A DNA stretch of 64,000 bases from Corallococcus interemptor (lineage in GTDB: Bacteria > Myxococcota > Myxococcia > Myxococcales > Myxococcaceae): NCBI RefSeq assembly GCF_042231085.1, contig NZ_CP102579.1. One strand, given 5' to 3'. The position numbers and the translations under genes are program-made. Positions 1 to 9,154 of this stretch are shown one piece after another. How positions within the stretch are numbered: position 1 is the first letter of the stretch; the number at the start of each line of letters is the position of its first letter. Under the pieces are notes generated by a model. It did not search any database. It was not told the DNA's origin and was given only the letters and a program-made list of their open reading frames with translations.

Positions 1-918
1 CGCTCCCGCGTCAATCAGGCCCTGGTCCAGGGGACGAGCGACGCGAACTGCGCGCAGTTGGTGGGCGCGCTGCTCACCATCGTGGGCGAGTCCGCGCCGT
101 ACCTGCACAAGCGCGACGAGAACTTCTACCTGGACCCCGTGCTGATCCAGGCGCTGGGCACGCAGCTCTCCACGCCGCGCTTCCCGGCCAACATGTTCCT
201 GGTGTCGATGATGCGGCGGGTGCTCATCGACAAGCGGCTGCCGCCGGAGTGGATGCAGACGGCGGTGGCGCTCGCGCCGTACTACCCGCCGTTGGACCTG
301 AGCAAGCTGCGCTTCATCGCGGATGGCGTGAAGCCGGTGGACAGCTTCTTCTTCACGCTGCCCGCGATGCTGGAGCGCTACGACGTGGAGGTCCTCAAGG
401 CCAACACCACCGCGGCCAGCGTGGCGGACGCGAAGTTCCGCGACGACTACCTGGACAAGGAGGTCGCCTTCGCGGGGCTGGAGTTCGTCGACGCGAAGCT
501 GGAGAAGCCCAAGAAGAAGAGCAAGAAGGGCCCTCCGCCGGAGCCTCCCGCGCTGGTGGCCCGGCTCGTCTTCTACCTGCCGGATCCGGGCAATGACGGC
601 CTGCTGTCCGGGCTCACCTACGGCAAGCCCAAGGTGCGGCCCTCCATCAACATCACGGCGCGGCTGAAGGACGACCAGTACACGCCGCTGACGCAACTGC
701 CAAAGGGCGCGCGCGTGCTCCTGCGCGGCCGCTTCTGGGAGTACCGCAAGCAGCTCAAGGAGCTGGAGGTGCGCGACGCGTACCTCTTCCAGGACCGAGA
801 CTGGGCCCAGAACCCCGCGCTCGCGGATCCCAACGCCGTGGCGGCCTGCCCGCTCGCGTTCAACGACCTGACGGGCACCGCGCCCATGCAGCCGGGCGGC
901 TTCGGCAGCAAGCGCTGA
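1..918 (+). CDS. hypothetical protein (5'-truncated at window edge)
   Basis: The ORF runs in frame from position 1 with no upstream stop. The listed TTG at 58 is internal. GC3-rich codon usage. Lys-rich stretch KEKPKKKSKKGPPPEPP. No family recognised. Confidence 0.5.
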   Translation, partial: RSRVNQALVQGTSDANCAQLVGALLTIVGESAPYLHKRDENFYLDPVLIQALGTQLSTPRFPANMFLVSMMRRVLIDKRLPPEWMQTAVALAPYYPPLDLSKLRFIADGVKPVDSFFFTLPAMLERYDVEVLKANTTAASVADAKFRDDYLDKEVAFAGLEFVDAKLEKPKKKSKKGPPPEPPALVARLVFYLPDPGNDGLLSGLTYGKPKVRPSINITARLKDDQYTPLTQLPKGARVLLRGRFWEYRKQLKELEVRDAYLFQDRDWAQNPALADPNAVAACPLAFNDLTGTAPMQPGGFGSKR

Positions 919-1068
919 AGCGCGCCGTCCCGCGTTCCGCACGCCCATCCCGGGGGCGGCACCCCTGCCGTGCCGCCTCCGCCGCGCCCCCTCCTCCCGG
1001 GAGCGCGCCCCGCCCGACTGGCACGGCCGCTGCTCATGCCCGCGCATCCCTTGCGCGCGAGGCACGCC

Positions 1069-1887
1069 ATGAAGGTCGAAGGTCAGGACGCCCCTTCCGG
1101 AAACGAGAAGGTCCCCCCGGAGAAGGACGCGTTCCAACAGGTCCTCCAGCGGACCTCCGGACGGCCCGGCGCGCCACCGCGTCCCGGGCCCCGCCGCGAG
1201 CCGGTAACTCCAGGCCCCGTTCCGAAGCCCGGCCTGCTCCGCGCCGGTGGACAGGGAGCGGCGACGCGGGCGACTCCGGCGCTTCCCGGCGTCCGTGCGG
1301 CGGGGACCGTCCTCTCGACGACGCGCAGCGCGCTGGGGAGCCCGGAGACGCTCCGCCAGGCCCGGCAGGACATGCACGTGGAGGCGCGGCGGCTGGGGGC
1401 GGTGCGGCAGGAGGCGCTCGCGGAAGGCGGGACACAGGCCACCCATCGTGCGTCGGAGCTGCTGGCCCGCGAGGTGGAGCGCTCCTTCCGCGCGGAGCCC
1501 CGTCCCGTGCTGTCTCCCCTCCCCGCGTCCTCGCGGGATGACCGTTCCCCGGAAGGCCTGTCGCGCGGCCCCGCGCCCGAAGGTGCTCGCGTGGCGGGCG
1601 GCTCCGCGGAGGGTGCCGCACCGGCCGGCCCTCCCGTCGCCCAGGTCGAGTCCACCCTGGCCCTCATCGAGAAGATCGAGGTCTTCGTGAAGTCACAGCG
1701 GCCGGCGCTGGGCCTCAGCCTGCGGGGGCCGCTGGAGGCCACCGTGGAGGTGGAGCGGACGGGGCCCCGGGAGGTGGCGCTGCGCATCCAGGGGCGCCAC
1801 GGGCCCGTTCCCGCCGAGGACGTGGCGCGGTTGCGCGACGCGTTGGAGGCGCGGGGGCTGCGGCTCAGCGTCCTCCAGGCGGGGTGA
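1069..1887 (+). CDS. Pro/Ala-rich hypothetical protein with FliK/Flg_hook-like C-terminal segment
   Basis: Best start is ATG 1069 (MKVEGQ), preceded by gcgagg 7 nt upstream. The longer 970 start lacks an RBS. The C-terminal ~70 aa (LGLSLRGPLEATVEVERTG...VALRIQGRHG...LRDALEARGLRLSVLQ) resembles the hook-length-control Flg_hook fold pattern. The match is weak. Confidence 0.45.
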   Translation: MKVEGQDAPSGNEKVPPEKDAFQQVLQRTSGRPGAPPRPGPRREPVTPGPVPKPGLLRAGGQGAATRATPALPGVRAAGTVLSTTRSALGSPETLRQARQDMHVEARRLGAVRQEALAEGGTQATHRASELLAREVERSFRAEPRPVLSPLPASSRDDRSPEGLSRGPAPEGARVAGGSAEGAAPAGPPVAQVESTLALIEKIEVFVKSQRPALGLSLRGPLEATVEVERTGPREVALRIQGRHGPVPAEDVARLRDALEARGLRLSVLQAG

Positions 1888-1999
1888 ACGTCCGGCGATG
1901 CCCCTCCCCCGCCAGCCTCCACGAACGATGAAAGCCCTCACGCCAGGGGGCGCAAGGGCCTTCATCACCACGGGCGCACTCGGGCGACTCGGCCCGCGC

Positions 2000-2335
2000 C
2001 TACTTCCCGGGCGCGGTGTTCAGCTCCGCGCGCTTGCCCTTCTTGTCCTTGTACTCCTCGGCCTCGGGCAGGGCGGCCTTCTTCTCCGCGATGTTGGGCC
2101 ACTTGGACGCGAAGTCGGTGTTGAGCTTCTTGTACTCCGACCACTCCGAGGGCAGCTCGGTCTCGGGGAAGATCGCCTTGGTCGGGCAGACGGGCTCGCA
2201 AGCGCCGCAGTCGATGCACTCGTCCGGGTGGATCACGAGGAAGTTCGCGCCCTCGTAGAAGCAGTTGACCGGGCACACCTCGACACAGTCGGTGTACTTG
2301 CACTTGATGCAAGGCTCGGCGACGACGTAGGCCAT
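2000..2335 (-). CDS. fdxA: 7Fe-type ferredoxin (3Fe-4S/4Fe-4S)
   Basis: [29 protein letters not shown]...[12 protein letters not shown] shows the classic CxxCxxCxxxCP plus CxxCxxCxxxCP motifs. The true start is ATG at ~2333-2335 with aggagag RBS. The ORF-track N-extension to 2410 is spurious. Confidence 0.85.
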   Translation of the reverse strand: MAYVVAEPCIKCKYTDCVEVCPVNCFYEGANFLVIHPDECIDCGACEPVCPTKAIFPETELPSEWSEYKKLNTDFASKWPNIAEKKAALPEAEEYKDKKGKRAELNTAPGK

Positions 2336-2446
2336 GTTGATCTCTCCTCTGTGCGGATTTCCGCGCGTCCGTGGCCGCGCACAGTAGATGGTTGCGGCCG
2401 GGGTTGGCACCCTGAATTTAGGGGCCCACCCGGTCCGCTTCCCCGG

Positions 2447-3535
2447 TCAGCCCAGCAAGCCCTGCGCCCGAAGCAGCTCCGCCACCAGGATGGCGCCCTT
2501 CGCGGCCCCCATCTTGGTGTTGTGGGAGACGAGCACGTACTTGAAGCCGTTCTCCAGCACGCCGTCCTCGCGGATGCGGCCCACCGTGGTGGCCATGCCG
2601 CCGTGGGTGTCCCGGTCCATGCGGGGCTGGGGGCGGAACGGGTCGTCCAGCACTTCAATCCACCGGGGCGGAGCGGACGGCAGGTCCTTCGCCACCTGGG
2701 CGCCCTGCCACTCGCGCATCGCCTGGGCGACCTCCGCCACGGAGGCCTTCTTCCCGAGCGACACGAAGACGGACTCGGTGTGGCCCTCCAGGACGGCGAC
2801 GCGGGTGCAGGTGCAGGAGACGCGCACGTCGTGCGGGGTGAGCGCCGCGCCCGCGGGGTCGAGCGCCCCGAGGATCTTCTTCGTCTCCACCTCGACCTTG
2901 TGCTCCTCCTTGGGGATGTAGGGCACGACGTTGTCGAGGATGTCCAGGCCGATGACGCCGGGCGACCGTCCGGCGCCGGACATGGCCTGGAGGCTGGTCA
3001 TCAGCACGGCCTTCACGCCGAAGCGCTCGGCCAGGGGGGCCAGCGTCACGGCGAGGCCGGTGGTGGTGCAGTTGGGGATGGGGACGATGAAGCCCTTCCA
3101 CCCGCGCTGCCGGCGCTGCTCGTGGATGAGCGGGGCGTGGGCGGCGTTCACGGGGGGGATGAGCAGGGGCACGTCCGCGTCGTAGCGGAAGGCGCTCGCG
3201 GCGGAGAACACCGGGATGTCCCGGGCCAGGCGCGGCTCGATTTCACGGGCGACGTCCGCCTCCACGGCGGAGAAGGCGATGTCGTAGTCCTTCGCCTGGA
3301 CGGCGTCGCCGCTGACCACGGTCATGCGGGCGATGGCCTCCGGGAGCGGCTCCGGGACGAACCAGGCGAGCATGCCGTTGGAGGCGCGCAGGGCGTCCGC
3401 GTAGGTTTTTCCGGCGGAGCGGGGCGAAGCGGCGAGCCCGGTCAGCTCGATGAACGGGTGGTCCTTCAGGGCAGCGATGAACTGCTGGCCCGCGAGTCCG
3501 GTGGCGCCAATGAGTACGGCGCGAAGCTTGGCCAT
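2447..3535 (-). CDS. asd: aspartate-semialdehyde dehydrogenase
   Basis: N-terminal Rossmann motif MAKLRAVLIGATGLAGQQF. Active-site region IPNCTTTGLAVTLAPL with catalytic Cys. Full-length 362 aa. Confidence 0.9.
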   Translation of the reverse strand: MAKLRAVLIGATGLAGQQFIAALKDHPFIELTGLAASPRSAGKTYADALRASNGMLAWFVPEPLPEAIARMTVVSGDAVQAKDYDIAFSAVEADVAREIEPRLARDIPVFSAASAFRYDADVPLLIPPVNAAHAPLIHEQRRQRGWKGFIVPIPNCTTTGLAVTLAPLAERFGVKAVLMTSLQAMSGAGRSPGVIGLDILDNVVPYIPKEEHKVEVETKKILGALDPAGAALTPHDVRVSCTCTRVAVLEGHTESVFVSLGKKASVAEVAQAMREWQGAQVAKDLPSAPPRWIEVLDDPFRPQPRMDRDTHGGMATTVGRIREDGVLENGFKYVLVSHNTKMGAAKGAILVAELLRAQGLLG

Positions 3536-3604
3536 CGTGGAGGGTCTCCGGTGGAGGCGGCAGGGCGCTCCTTACACCGTTTCACGACGCGCTGCATCCG
3601 CCGC

Positions 3605-3991
3605 TCAACGGTGGGCGTGGGAGGGGGCGCGCGTGTGGCGTTCCGTGGGGTAGCCCCCCGTCACCCAGGCGTGGAGGCCGCCGGCGAGGCAGACGGCGTT
3701 GCGCCCCCGCAGGCGCAGCACGCGGCAGACGCGGCGGATGTCCGCGCAGTCCTGGGTGGTGCCGCAGAGGACGATGAGCTCGTCGTCCGGCAGCATCGCC
3801 AGGTCCCGCGCGATCTCCGAGGCCGTCATGCGCAGCGCGCCGGGGATGTGGATCTCGAACCGCTCCCAGTCCATCGCGTCGCGGCAATCCAGGACGAGCA
3901 CATCCTCGTCCCCCAGACGCATGAACAGCTCATCGCAAATGATGGTGGGCTCCACCGGGACCTCCCCGAGGCGACTGACTCCATCGAACAT
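3605..3991 (-). CDS. rhodanese-like domain protein
   Basis: 128 aa. The rhodanese fold pattern (VLVLDCRD...LIVLCGTTQDCADIRR) contains an active-site Cys loop. Confidence 0.7.
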   Translation of the reverse strand: MFDGVSRLGEVPVEPTIICDELFMRLGDEDVLVLDCRDAMDWERFEIHIPGALRMTASEIARDLAMLPDDELIVLCGTTQDCADIRRVCRVLRLRGRNAVCLAGGLHAWVTGGYPTERHTRAPSHAHR

Positions 3992-4060
3992 GAACCGGAG
4001 GGCTTCTTCCGCTCTTCCCGCCTGTCCGCCCGCCTGCTCCGGGGAGGCCCGCCGGGGGCG

Positions 4061-5212
4061 TCAGAGCCCCAGTTGCTTGGCGATGATTTCGTTCATCACC
4101 TCACTGGTGCCGCCGCCGATGGGCCCCAGCCGCGCGTCGCGCCAGTGACGCTGGATGTCGTACTCCATCATGTAGCCCGCGCCGCCGTGGAGCTGGAGGC
4201 ACTCGTCGGCCACGCGGCAGCAGGTCTCCGTGGCGACCTTCTTGGCCATGGAGGTCTGCGCGACGGCGTACTCGCCGGCCACGTGCAGGCGCAGCGCGTG
4301 GTAGGTGAGCTGCCGCGCGCATTCACGGGCGGTGTACAGGTCCGCCAGCTTGTGGCGCACCACCTGGAAGCCCGCCAGCGTCTGCCCGAAGGCGCGGCGC
4401 TGCTTCACGTGCTCGAGCACCGTCTCCAGCATGTCGTCCATGGCGCCCAGCGCGCCCAGCGCGAGCGACAGGCGCTCCCACTGGAAGTTGCCCATGATCT
4501 GCGAGAAGCCCTGGTTCTCCACGCCCAGCAGGTTCTCCGCGGGCACGCGGCAGTCCTCGAAGAAGAGCTCCGCCGTGTCGGACGCGCGCCAGCCCACCTT
4601 CTGGAGCTTGCGCCCCACGCTGAAGCCCGGCGTGCCCCGCTCCACCACCAGCATGGACAGGCCCTTGTGGCCGCGCGACGGGTCGGTCTTCACCGCCAGC
4701 ACCACGAAGTCCGCCCGCACCCCGTTGGTGATGTACGTCTTGGAGCCGTTGACGACGTAGTGGTCGCCGTCGCGGCGGGCGGTGGTGCGCAGCCCCGCCA
4801 CGTCCGAGCCGGCGTCCGGTTCGGAGATGCCCAGGGCGCCAATCTTCTCCCCCCGGATGGCGGGGGCCAGCCAGCGCTGCTTCTGGGCGTCCGTGCCGAA
4901 CAGGTGCACGGGGCCGGTCGCGATGGTGAACTGGCCCGCCAGCCCCGCGGCCACACCGCCGGAGCCGCAGCGGCCCAGCTCCTCCAGGAGCACCGCCTCG
5001 TACAGCTCCCCGGCCGCCGTGCCCCCGTAGGCCTCCGGGTACTTCAGGCCCAGGAAGCCCAGCTCGCCGAAGCGGGTGAAGAGCTCCCGGGGGAACTCCT
5101 CCCGGGCCTCCCAGTCCGCCGCGAACGGGCGCAGCTCCTTGTCCACCACCGCCCGGACGGTGCGGCGGAAGGCGTCGTGCTCCTCCTGGAAGACCCCATG
5201 GCCCTGCAGCAT
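4061..5212 (-). CDS. acyl-CoA dehydrogenase
   Basis: MLQGHGVFQEEHDAFRR...GSDVAGLRTTARRDGDHYVVNGSKTYITNG...QLHGGAGYMMEYDIQRHWRDAR shows canonical ACAD N-terminal, middle and C-terminal signatures. The start was moved to ATG ~5210-5212 (GGAGG RBS). The longer track ORF would overlap the tRNA-Cys. Confidence 0.85.
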   Translation of the reverse strand: MLQGHGVFQEEHDAFRRTVRAVVDKELRPFAADWEAREEFPRELFTRFGELGFLGLKYPEAYGGTAAGELYEAVLLEELGRCGSGGVAAGLAGQFTIATGPVHLFGTDAQKQRWLAPAIRGEKIGALGISEPDAGSDVAGLRTTARRDGDHYVVNGSKTYITNGVRADFVVLAVKTDPSRGHKGLSMLVVERGTPGFSVGRKLQKVGWRASDTAELFFEDCRVPAENLLGVENQGFSQIMGNFQWERLSLALGALGAMDDMLETVLEHVKQRRAFGQTLAGFQVVRHKLADLYTARECARQLTYHALRLHVAGEYAVAQTSMAKKVATETCCRVADECLQLHGGAGYMMEYDIQRHWRDARLGPIGGGTSEVMNEIIAKQLGL

Positions 5213-5344
5213 CGTGTGCTCCCTCGCTCGCTGGGGGCTGACGCCCCGCGCCGCATGGTAGCGGGACGAGAAGCACGACTGGATGGTGTTGCTTCCTTGA
5301 CCGGCTCCTGCCGGGCTGCGTATAACCCCGGCCCCAATCGCTGC

Positions 5345-5416
5345 GGCGCCATAGCCAAGTGGTAAGGCAAAGGTCTGCAAAACCTTCATTCCCCGGTTCG
5401 AATCCGGGTGGCGCCT
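5345..5416 (+). tRNA. tRNA-Cys (anticodon GCA)
   Basis: GGCGCCA/TGGCGCC form a 7-bp acceptor stem. D-arm GCC-AAGTGGTAA-GGC. Anticodon stem AAGGT/ACCTT with loop CTGCAAA (U33, GCA, A37). T-arm CCCGG-TTCGAAT-CCGGG. Discriminator U73 is typical of tRNA-Cys. No encoded CCA. Confidence 0.85.
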
Positions 5417-5492
5417 CACAGACAAAAGGCCCGATGCGGAAGTCTCCGCATCGGGCCTTCTGCTTTTCCGGGGGGTGTCTTCCCGGGCGGGC

Positions 5493-7172
5493 CTAGCAGC
5501 CCAGTTCCACCGCGCCGATGTCCGGGGCCGCGCCGCAGAAGGGCTGGCCCTGGTCCAGGCCCTTGTCCTGGGCGGCGGGGGACGGGGCGAAGGTGTCCGA
5601 CACCGTCACGTCACCGCCGTTGGAGGTGGTGTCCCCGGTGGCGGCCTTGAAGGCGTCCAGGGCCTGGAGCTGGCCGTTGTGCTTGAACTGCGTGCCGGCC
5701 GGATAGAGGTTGTTGCTCATGTGGAGGCCGGGGGCCTGGCCGCCCACGTCCACGCTGACGGGCGCGTCCACCAGGTTGTTCTCCACGCGCAGCGTCTCCG
5801 TGGGGCCGCCCGTGCCGTGGCCCAGGATGATGCCGGCCTTGGCGCGGGTGATGGTGTTGTTCACCACCACGGTGCCCTTGGAGTTCTCCAGGCGGATGGC
5901 GGTGCCTTCGCCGCCGCCCGCGTCGGTGATGTCGTGCACGCGGTTGCGGCGCACGACGACGGACTGGGGCACGGGGCCCTCGTGGTTGCCGCCCACGGAG
6001 ATGCCCTTGGCGCCGTCATACAGCTCGTTGTCCTCCACCAGCACGTTGTTGGCGGAGTAGTGGATGACGAGCACGTCGCCCTTCGCCGTCTCCGACGGCC
6101 GGAACTGGTGCATCCGGTTGTTGCGGATGATGACGTCGCGGCACGTCTTGATGTCCACGGCGTTCTCCCGGTTGTTGAAGAAGTGGTTGTTCTCCACCAG
6201 CAGGCCCGTGGCGGGCGGCAGGTCGCTGAAGCCCTCCGGCCCCAGGCACTGCACGGAGTCACCGGACACGTCGTGGATGTCGTTGTTGCGCACCGTCACG
6301 TCGTAGGACGCGGGCTGCATCACGACGCCGTGCGAGTCCTTGTTGCCGGTGGTCCGCACGAAGTCGTGGATGTTGTTGTTCTCGAGGGTGGCGCCCTTGG
6401 CGTTGTTGAACAGGGTGACGCCCGCGCCGCCGGTGCCGTTGTGCAGCTCCGAGTTGGCGAGCACCGTGCCCTGCACGTCGCCCTCGAAGGTGACGCCGAA
6501 GATGGGCTGCCCCTCCACGTCGATGTCGAACCCGTCGATGACCCAGTTCGCGCGGCGCACCTGCACCGCCGCGCCGGAGCCGCTGCCCGGGGTGAGCTTG
6601 GGACGGCCCTCGCCCTGGAGGGTGATCTTCGCCTCGGGCGTGCCGGCCTGGGCGTTGTCGCCCAGCACCACGCGCTCGGCGTAGGTGCCCGCGAGCACGC
6701 GGATGCGGTCGCCGGGGCCGGCCTTGCTCACCGCCATGGCGATGGTGCGCAGCGGCGCGGCCTCCGTGCCCTCGGCGCCGTCGTCGCCGTTGGGCGACAC
6801 CACCCAGTCATGGGCGGGCGTGGTAACGGGCGTCTCCGCCATGGCCTGGGCGCTGACGGCGGGCTGGGGACCGGGCTCCGCGATGGGCGCGTGGTCCGCG
6901 TGGTCCGGCAGTTGCGCGGCGGGCGTGTTCTCCACCGGCTGCACGCCGATGGGCGGCGCCTTGCCCGGAGCGGCGGGCGCCTTCTCGACTTGTCCTGAGG
7001 GGCCCGCGTTCGTCGCGGGGGCCTGGGTACCGGCGTTCGAGGAACCGCCGGTGCCTCCGCCAGCGCCACCGCCGGCGCCACAAGCAGTCGTCCCAAGCGC
7101 CAGGGTGCAGGCGGCCAGGGAGGCCATCAGGGTGTGTCGCGTCTTCAATCCGTTGCCTCCAAGAATTCGCAT
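5493..7172 (-). CDS. secreted/lipoprotein right-handed parallel beta-helix repeat protein
   Basis: N-terminal MASLAACTLALGTTACG is a lipobox-like signal. A Pro/Ala-rich linker follows. Then repeated NN-(R/V/I) beta-helix rungs (NNRENAVDIKTCRDVIIRNNRMH, NNVLVEDNELYDG, NNTITRAKAGIILG), typical of pectate-lyase-like PbH1 repeats. The start is uncertain (7172, 7127 or 7184). Confidence 0.6.
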   Translation of the reverse strand: MRILGGNGLKTRHTLMASLAACTLALGTTACGAGGGAGGGTGGSSNAGTQAPATNAGPSGQVEKAPAAPGKAPPIGVQPVENTPAAQLPDHADHAPIAEPGPQPAVSAQAMAETPVTTPAHDWVVSPNGDDGAEGTEAAPLRTIAMAVSKAGPGDRIRVLAGTYAERVVLGDNAQAGTPEAKITLQGEGRPKLTPGSGSGAAVQVRRANWVIDGFDIDVEGQPIFGVTFEGDVQGTVLANSELHNGTGGAGVTLFNNAKGATLENNNIHDFVRTTGNKDSHGVVMQPASYDVTVRNNDIHDVSGDSVQCLGPEGFSDLPPATGLLVENNHFFNNRENAVDIKTCRDVIIRNNRMHQFRPSETAKGDVLVIHYSANNVLVEDNELYDGAKGISVGGNHEGPVPQSVVVRRNRVHDITDAGGGEGTAIRLENSKGTVVVNNTITRAKAGIILGHGTGGPTETLRVENNLVDAPVSVDVGGQAPGLHMSNNLYPAGTQFKHNGQLQALDAFKAATGDTTSNGGDVTVSDTFAPSPAAQDKGLDQGQPFCGAAPDIGAVELGC

Positions 7173-7293
7173 GAGCAGGGGCAACGCACGGTGTCGGGCG
7201 TTCTATTCACTGCCGGTCATCCAGGGCCAGACGCGCCGCAGCGGGAGGGAGAACCGTGACGCTCGGCCCCATGGCGGCTACGGTGCCGCCGCC

Positions 7294-9036
7294 GTGTCCA
7301 AAGCCGTCCTGCTCCTGACCGCCCTGCTGCTCGCCTCCTGCGCCACGCCGGCGCCCTCACCTGCCCCGAGCACCCGGGGCCTGGGCGAGCCGGAGGTCTC
7401 CGTCCCCGCCAAGCCCGCCGACGCGGGCGTGACGCCCCCTGCCCCGAGTGGCCTGGAGGATCCGCTCACGTCGGGTCTGCCCGGGCCGCAGGACCTGAAG
7501 CGCCTGGACTTCCGCAACGGCGAGCCGCGCCTCCCCATCAAGCTGATGGAGGGGCGCGAGGTCGTGACGTTCTCGCCGCGCGCGCGGATGCGGCTGCGCT
7601 TCGGCGGACCGGGGGACAAGGTGCTGGACGCGCCCGCGGGCTCGCGCTGGACGGTGCGGGTGACGCAGGGCGAGCCGGCCCAGTGGAGCGCGCGGCTGCA
7701 ACTGGGCGAGTTCCGCTTCGCGGACAAGGCGGGGCTCGCGGAGGCGCAGGAGACGTGGCGCGCGCGGGGGCTCGCGGTGCGCACGCACACGCTGGGCTCC
7801 GTGTACGGCATCGCCGGGAAGGTCATCGACAACCGGCGCTACCTCCTGCTGGGGGAGGAGGCGCTGACGCCCGAGGCCGCGGCGAAACAGCAGACGGAGC
7901 TGCTGCGCCGCTACGGCCTGCGCACCACGCTCTTCGAGGAGGTCCGCAAGCCCTCCCGCGCCATCCTGGAGCTGAAGGACGAGAACGACGCCGTGGTGGG
8001 CCTGGCGCAGGACCGGCTGGACGCGGAGACGCCGGACGGCAGCGGCTTCGACGTGCGGCAGGTGGAGTACGGCGTGGGCTACGACTTCCACGCCTTCGAG
8101 GACCGAAGCTTCCGGGGCGCGCTCCAGTTCGCCGTGGACCGGAGCGGCAAGCTCGCGGTGGTGAACGTGGTGGGCCTGGAGGACCTGCTCAAGGGGCTGG
8201 TGCCGTCCGAAATCTTCGCGCGCGCGCACCCGGAGGCGCTCAAGGCCCAGGCCGTCACCGCGCGCGGCGAGGTGCTGGCGAAGGTGGGCATCAAGCACCT
8301 GGCGGATCCATACCTCCTCTGCTCGGAGCAGCACTGCGCGGTGTACCGGGGCCGCACCGGCGAGGCGGCCAGCACCACCGCCGCGGTGGAGGCCACCCGG
8401 GGCCAGGCGCTCTTCAGTCAGGACGGCCGGCTGGTGGACTCCGTCTACAGCGCCGTGTGCGGCGGCCACACCGAGGACAACGACGTGGTGTGGGGCGGCC
8501 CGCCGGACCCCAGCCTGCGCGGCCGGCCGGACCTGCTGGAGCCCGCGCCGGACGTGCCCGGCCCGTCCAACCTCAAGGCCTGGCTGGCGACGGCGGACGT
8601 GCCCGCCGCGTGCAGGCTGTCCAGCTTCGCGCAGCCCACGAAGTTCCGGTGGGAGAAGCGCTTCACGCAGGCCCAGGTGGACGCGCTCACGGAGAAGCTG
8701 GGGGTGGGGTCCATCCAGGGGCTCGCCCTGTCCGAGCGCGGGGTGTCCGGGCGCGCCCGGCTGCTCACCCTGTCAGGCACGCGGGGCGCCACCCAGGTGC
8801 GCGGGGAGCTGAACATCCGGCGGCTCTTCGGGATGCTCAACAGCAGCATGGCCACCGTGGAGCCCGAGCGGGACGCCGAGGGCCGGCTCACCGGATGGCT
8901 GTTCCGGGGCGGCGGCTGGGGCCACGGCGTGGGCATGTGTCAGACAGGCGCCATCGGCCGGGCGGAGGCGGGCCAGACCTATCCGGAGATCCTGCGCTTC
9001 TACTTCAATGGGGCGCAGGTGGCCCCCATCTACTGA
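7294..9036 (+). CDS. SpoIID/LytB domain lipoprotein
   Basis: The internal GTG start gives MSKAVLLLTALLLASC (lipobox LASC). The C-terminus CGGHTEDNDVVWGG...GGGWGHGVGMCQTGAIGRAEAG matches the SpoIID/LytB amidase-enhancer signature. The 5' part of the 6685 ORF overlaps the opposite-strand gene and is non-coding. Confidence 0.65.
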   Translation: MSKAVLLLTALLLASCATPAPSPAPSTRGLGEPEVSVPAKPADAGVTPPAPSGLEDPLTSGLPGPQDLKRLDFRNGEPRLPIKLMEGREVVTFSPRARMRLRFGGPGDKVLDAPAGSRWTVRVTQGEPAQWSARLQLGEFRFADKAGLAEAQETWRARGLAVRTHTLGSVYGIAGKVIDNRRYLLLGEEALTPEAAAKQQTELLRRYGLRTTLFEEVRKPSRAILELKDENDAVVGLAQDRLDAETPDGSGFDVRQVEYGVGYDFHAFEDRSFRGALQFAVDRSGKLAVVNVVGLEDLLKGLVPSEIFARAHPEALKAQAVTARGEVLAKVGIKHLADPYLLCSEQHCAVYRGRTGEAASTTAAVEATRGQALFSQDGRLVDSVYSAVCGGHTEDNDVVWGGPPDPSLRGRPDLLEPAPDVPGPSNLKAWLATADVPAACRLSSFAQPTKFRWEKRFTQAQVDALTEKLGVGSIQGLALSERGVSGRARLLTLSGTRGATQVRGELNIRRLFGMLNSSMATVEPERDAEGRLTGWLFRGGGWGHGVGMCQTGAIGRAEAGQTYPEILRFYFNGAQVAPIY

Positions 9037-9154
9037 GGTCCAGGGAACAAATCGCGCGACCGGCGAGCCGTCTCGTGAATCTCTTTGATGTCCCGGGTGT
9101 TACGGGGCGCGCGTTCGGGACTGAAGAAGCGGTCCGGAGGTTTATCATCAGGCC

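Noticed and set aside
1898-5365. 1155-aa plus-strand ORF spanning fdxA, asd, the rhodanese gene and the acyl-CoA dehydrogenase region
   Set aside because: It is antisense to four well-supported minus-strand genes. Its composition (Gly/Arg/Ala/His/Val repeats) is typical of high-GC shadow frames. It has no motifs.
4061-5425. Long form of the acyl-CoA dehydrogenase ORF (454 aa)
   Set aside because: The N-terminal 70 codons overlap the tRNA-Cys gene and have no RBS. The internal ATG (MLQGHG) with a GGAGG RBS gives a canonical 384-aa ACAD.
5475-6998. 507-aa plus-strand ORF (and several nested ones) antisense to the beta-helix lipoprotein
   Set aside because: Low-complexity Gly/Val/His/Arg translation. 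The minus strand has a coherent repeat-domain protein with signal peptide.
6685-7293. N-terminal 200-codon extension of the SpoIID-like ORF
   Set aside because: It overlaps the opposite-strand lipoprotein gene. The in-frame GTG at 7294 yields a proper lipoprotein signal (MSKAVLLLTALLLASC).
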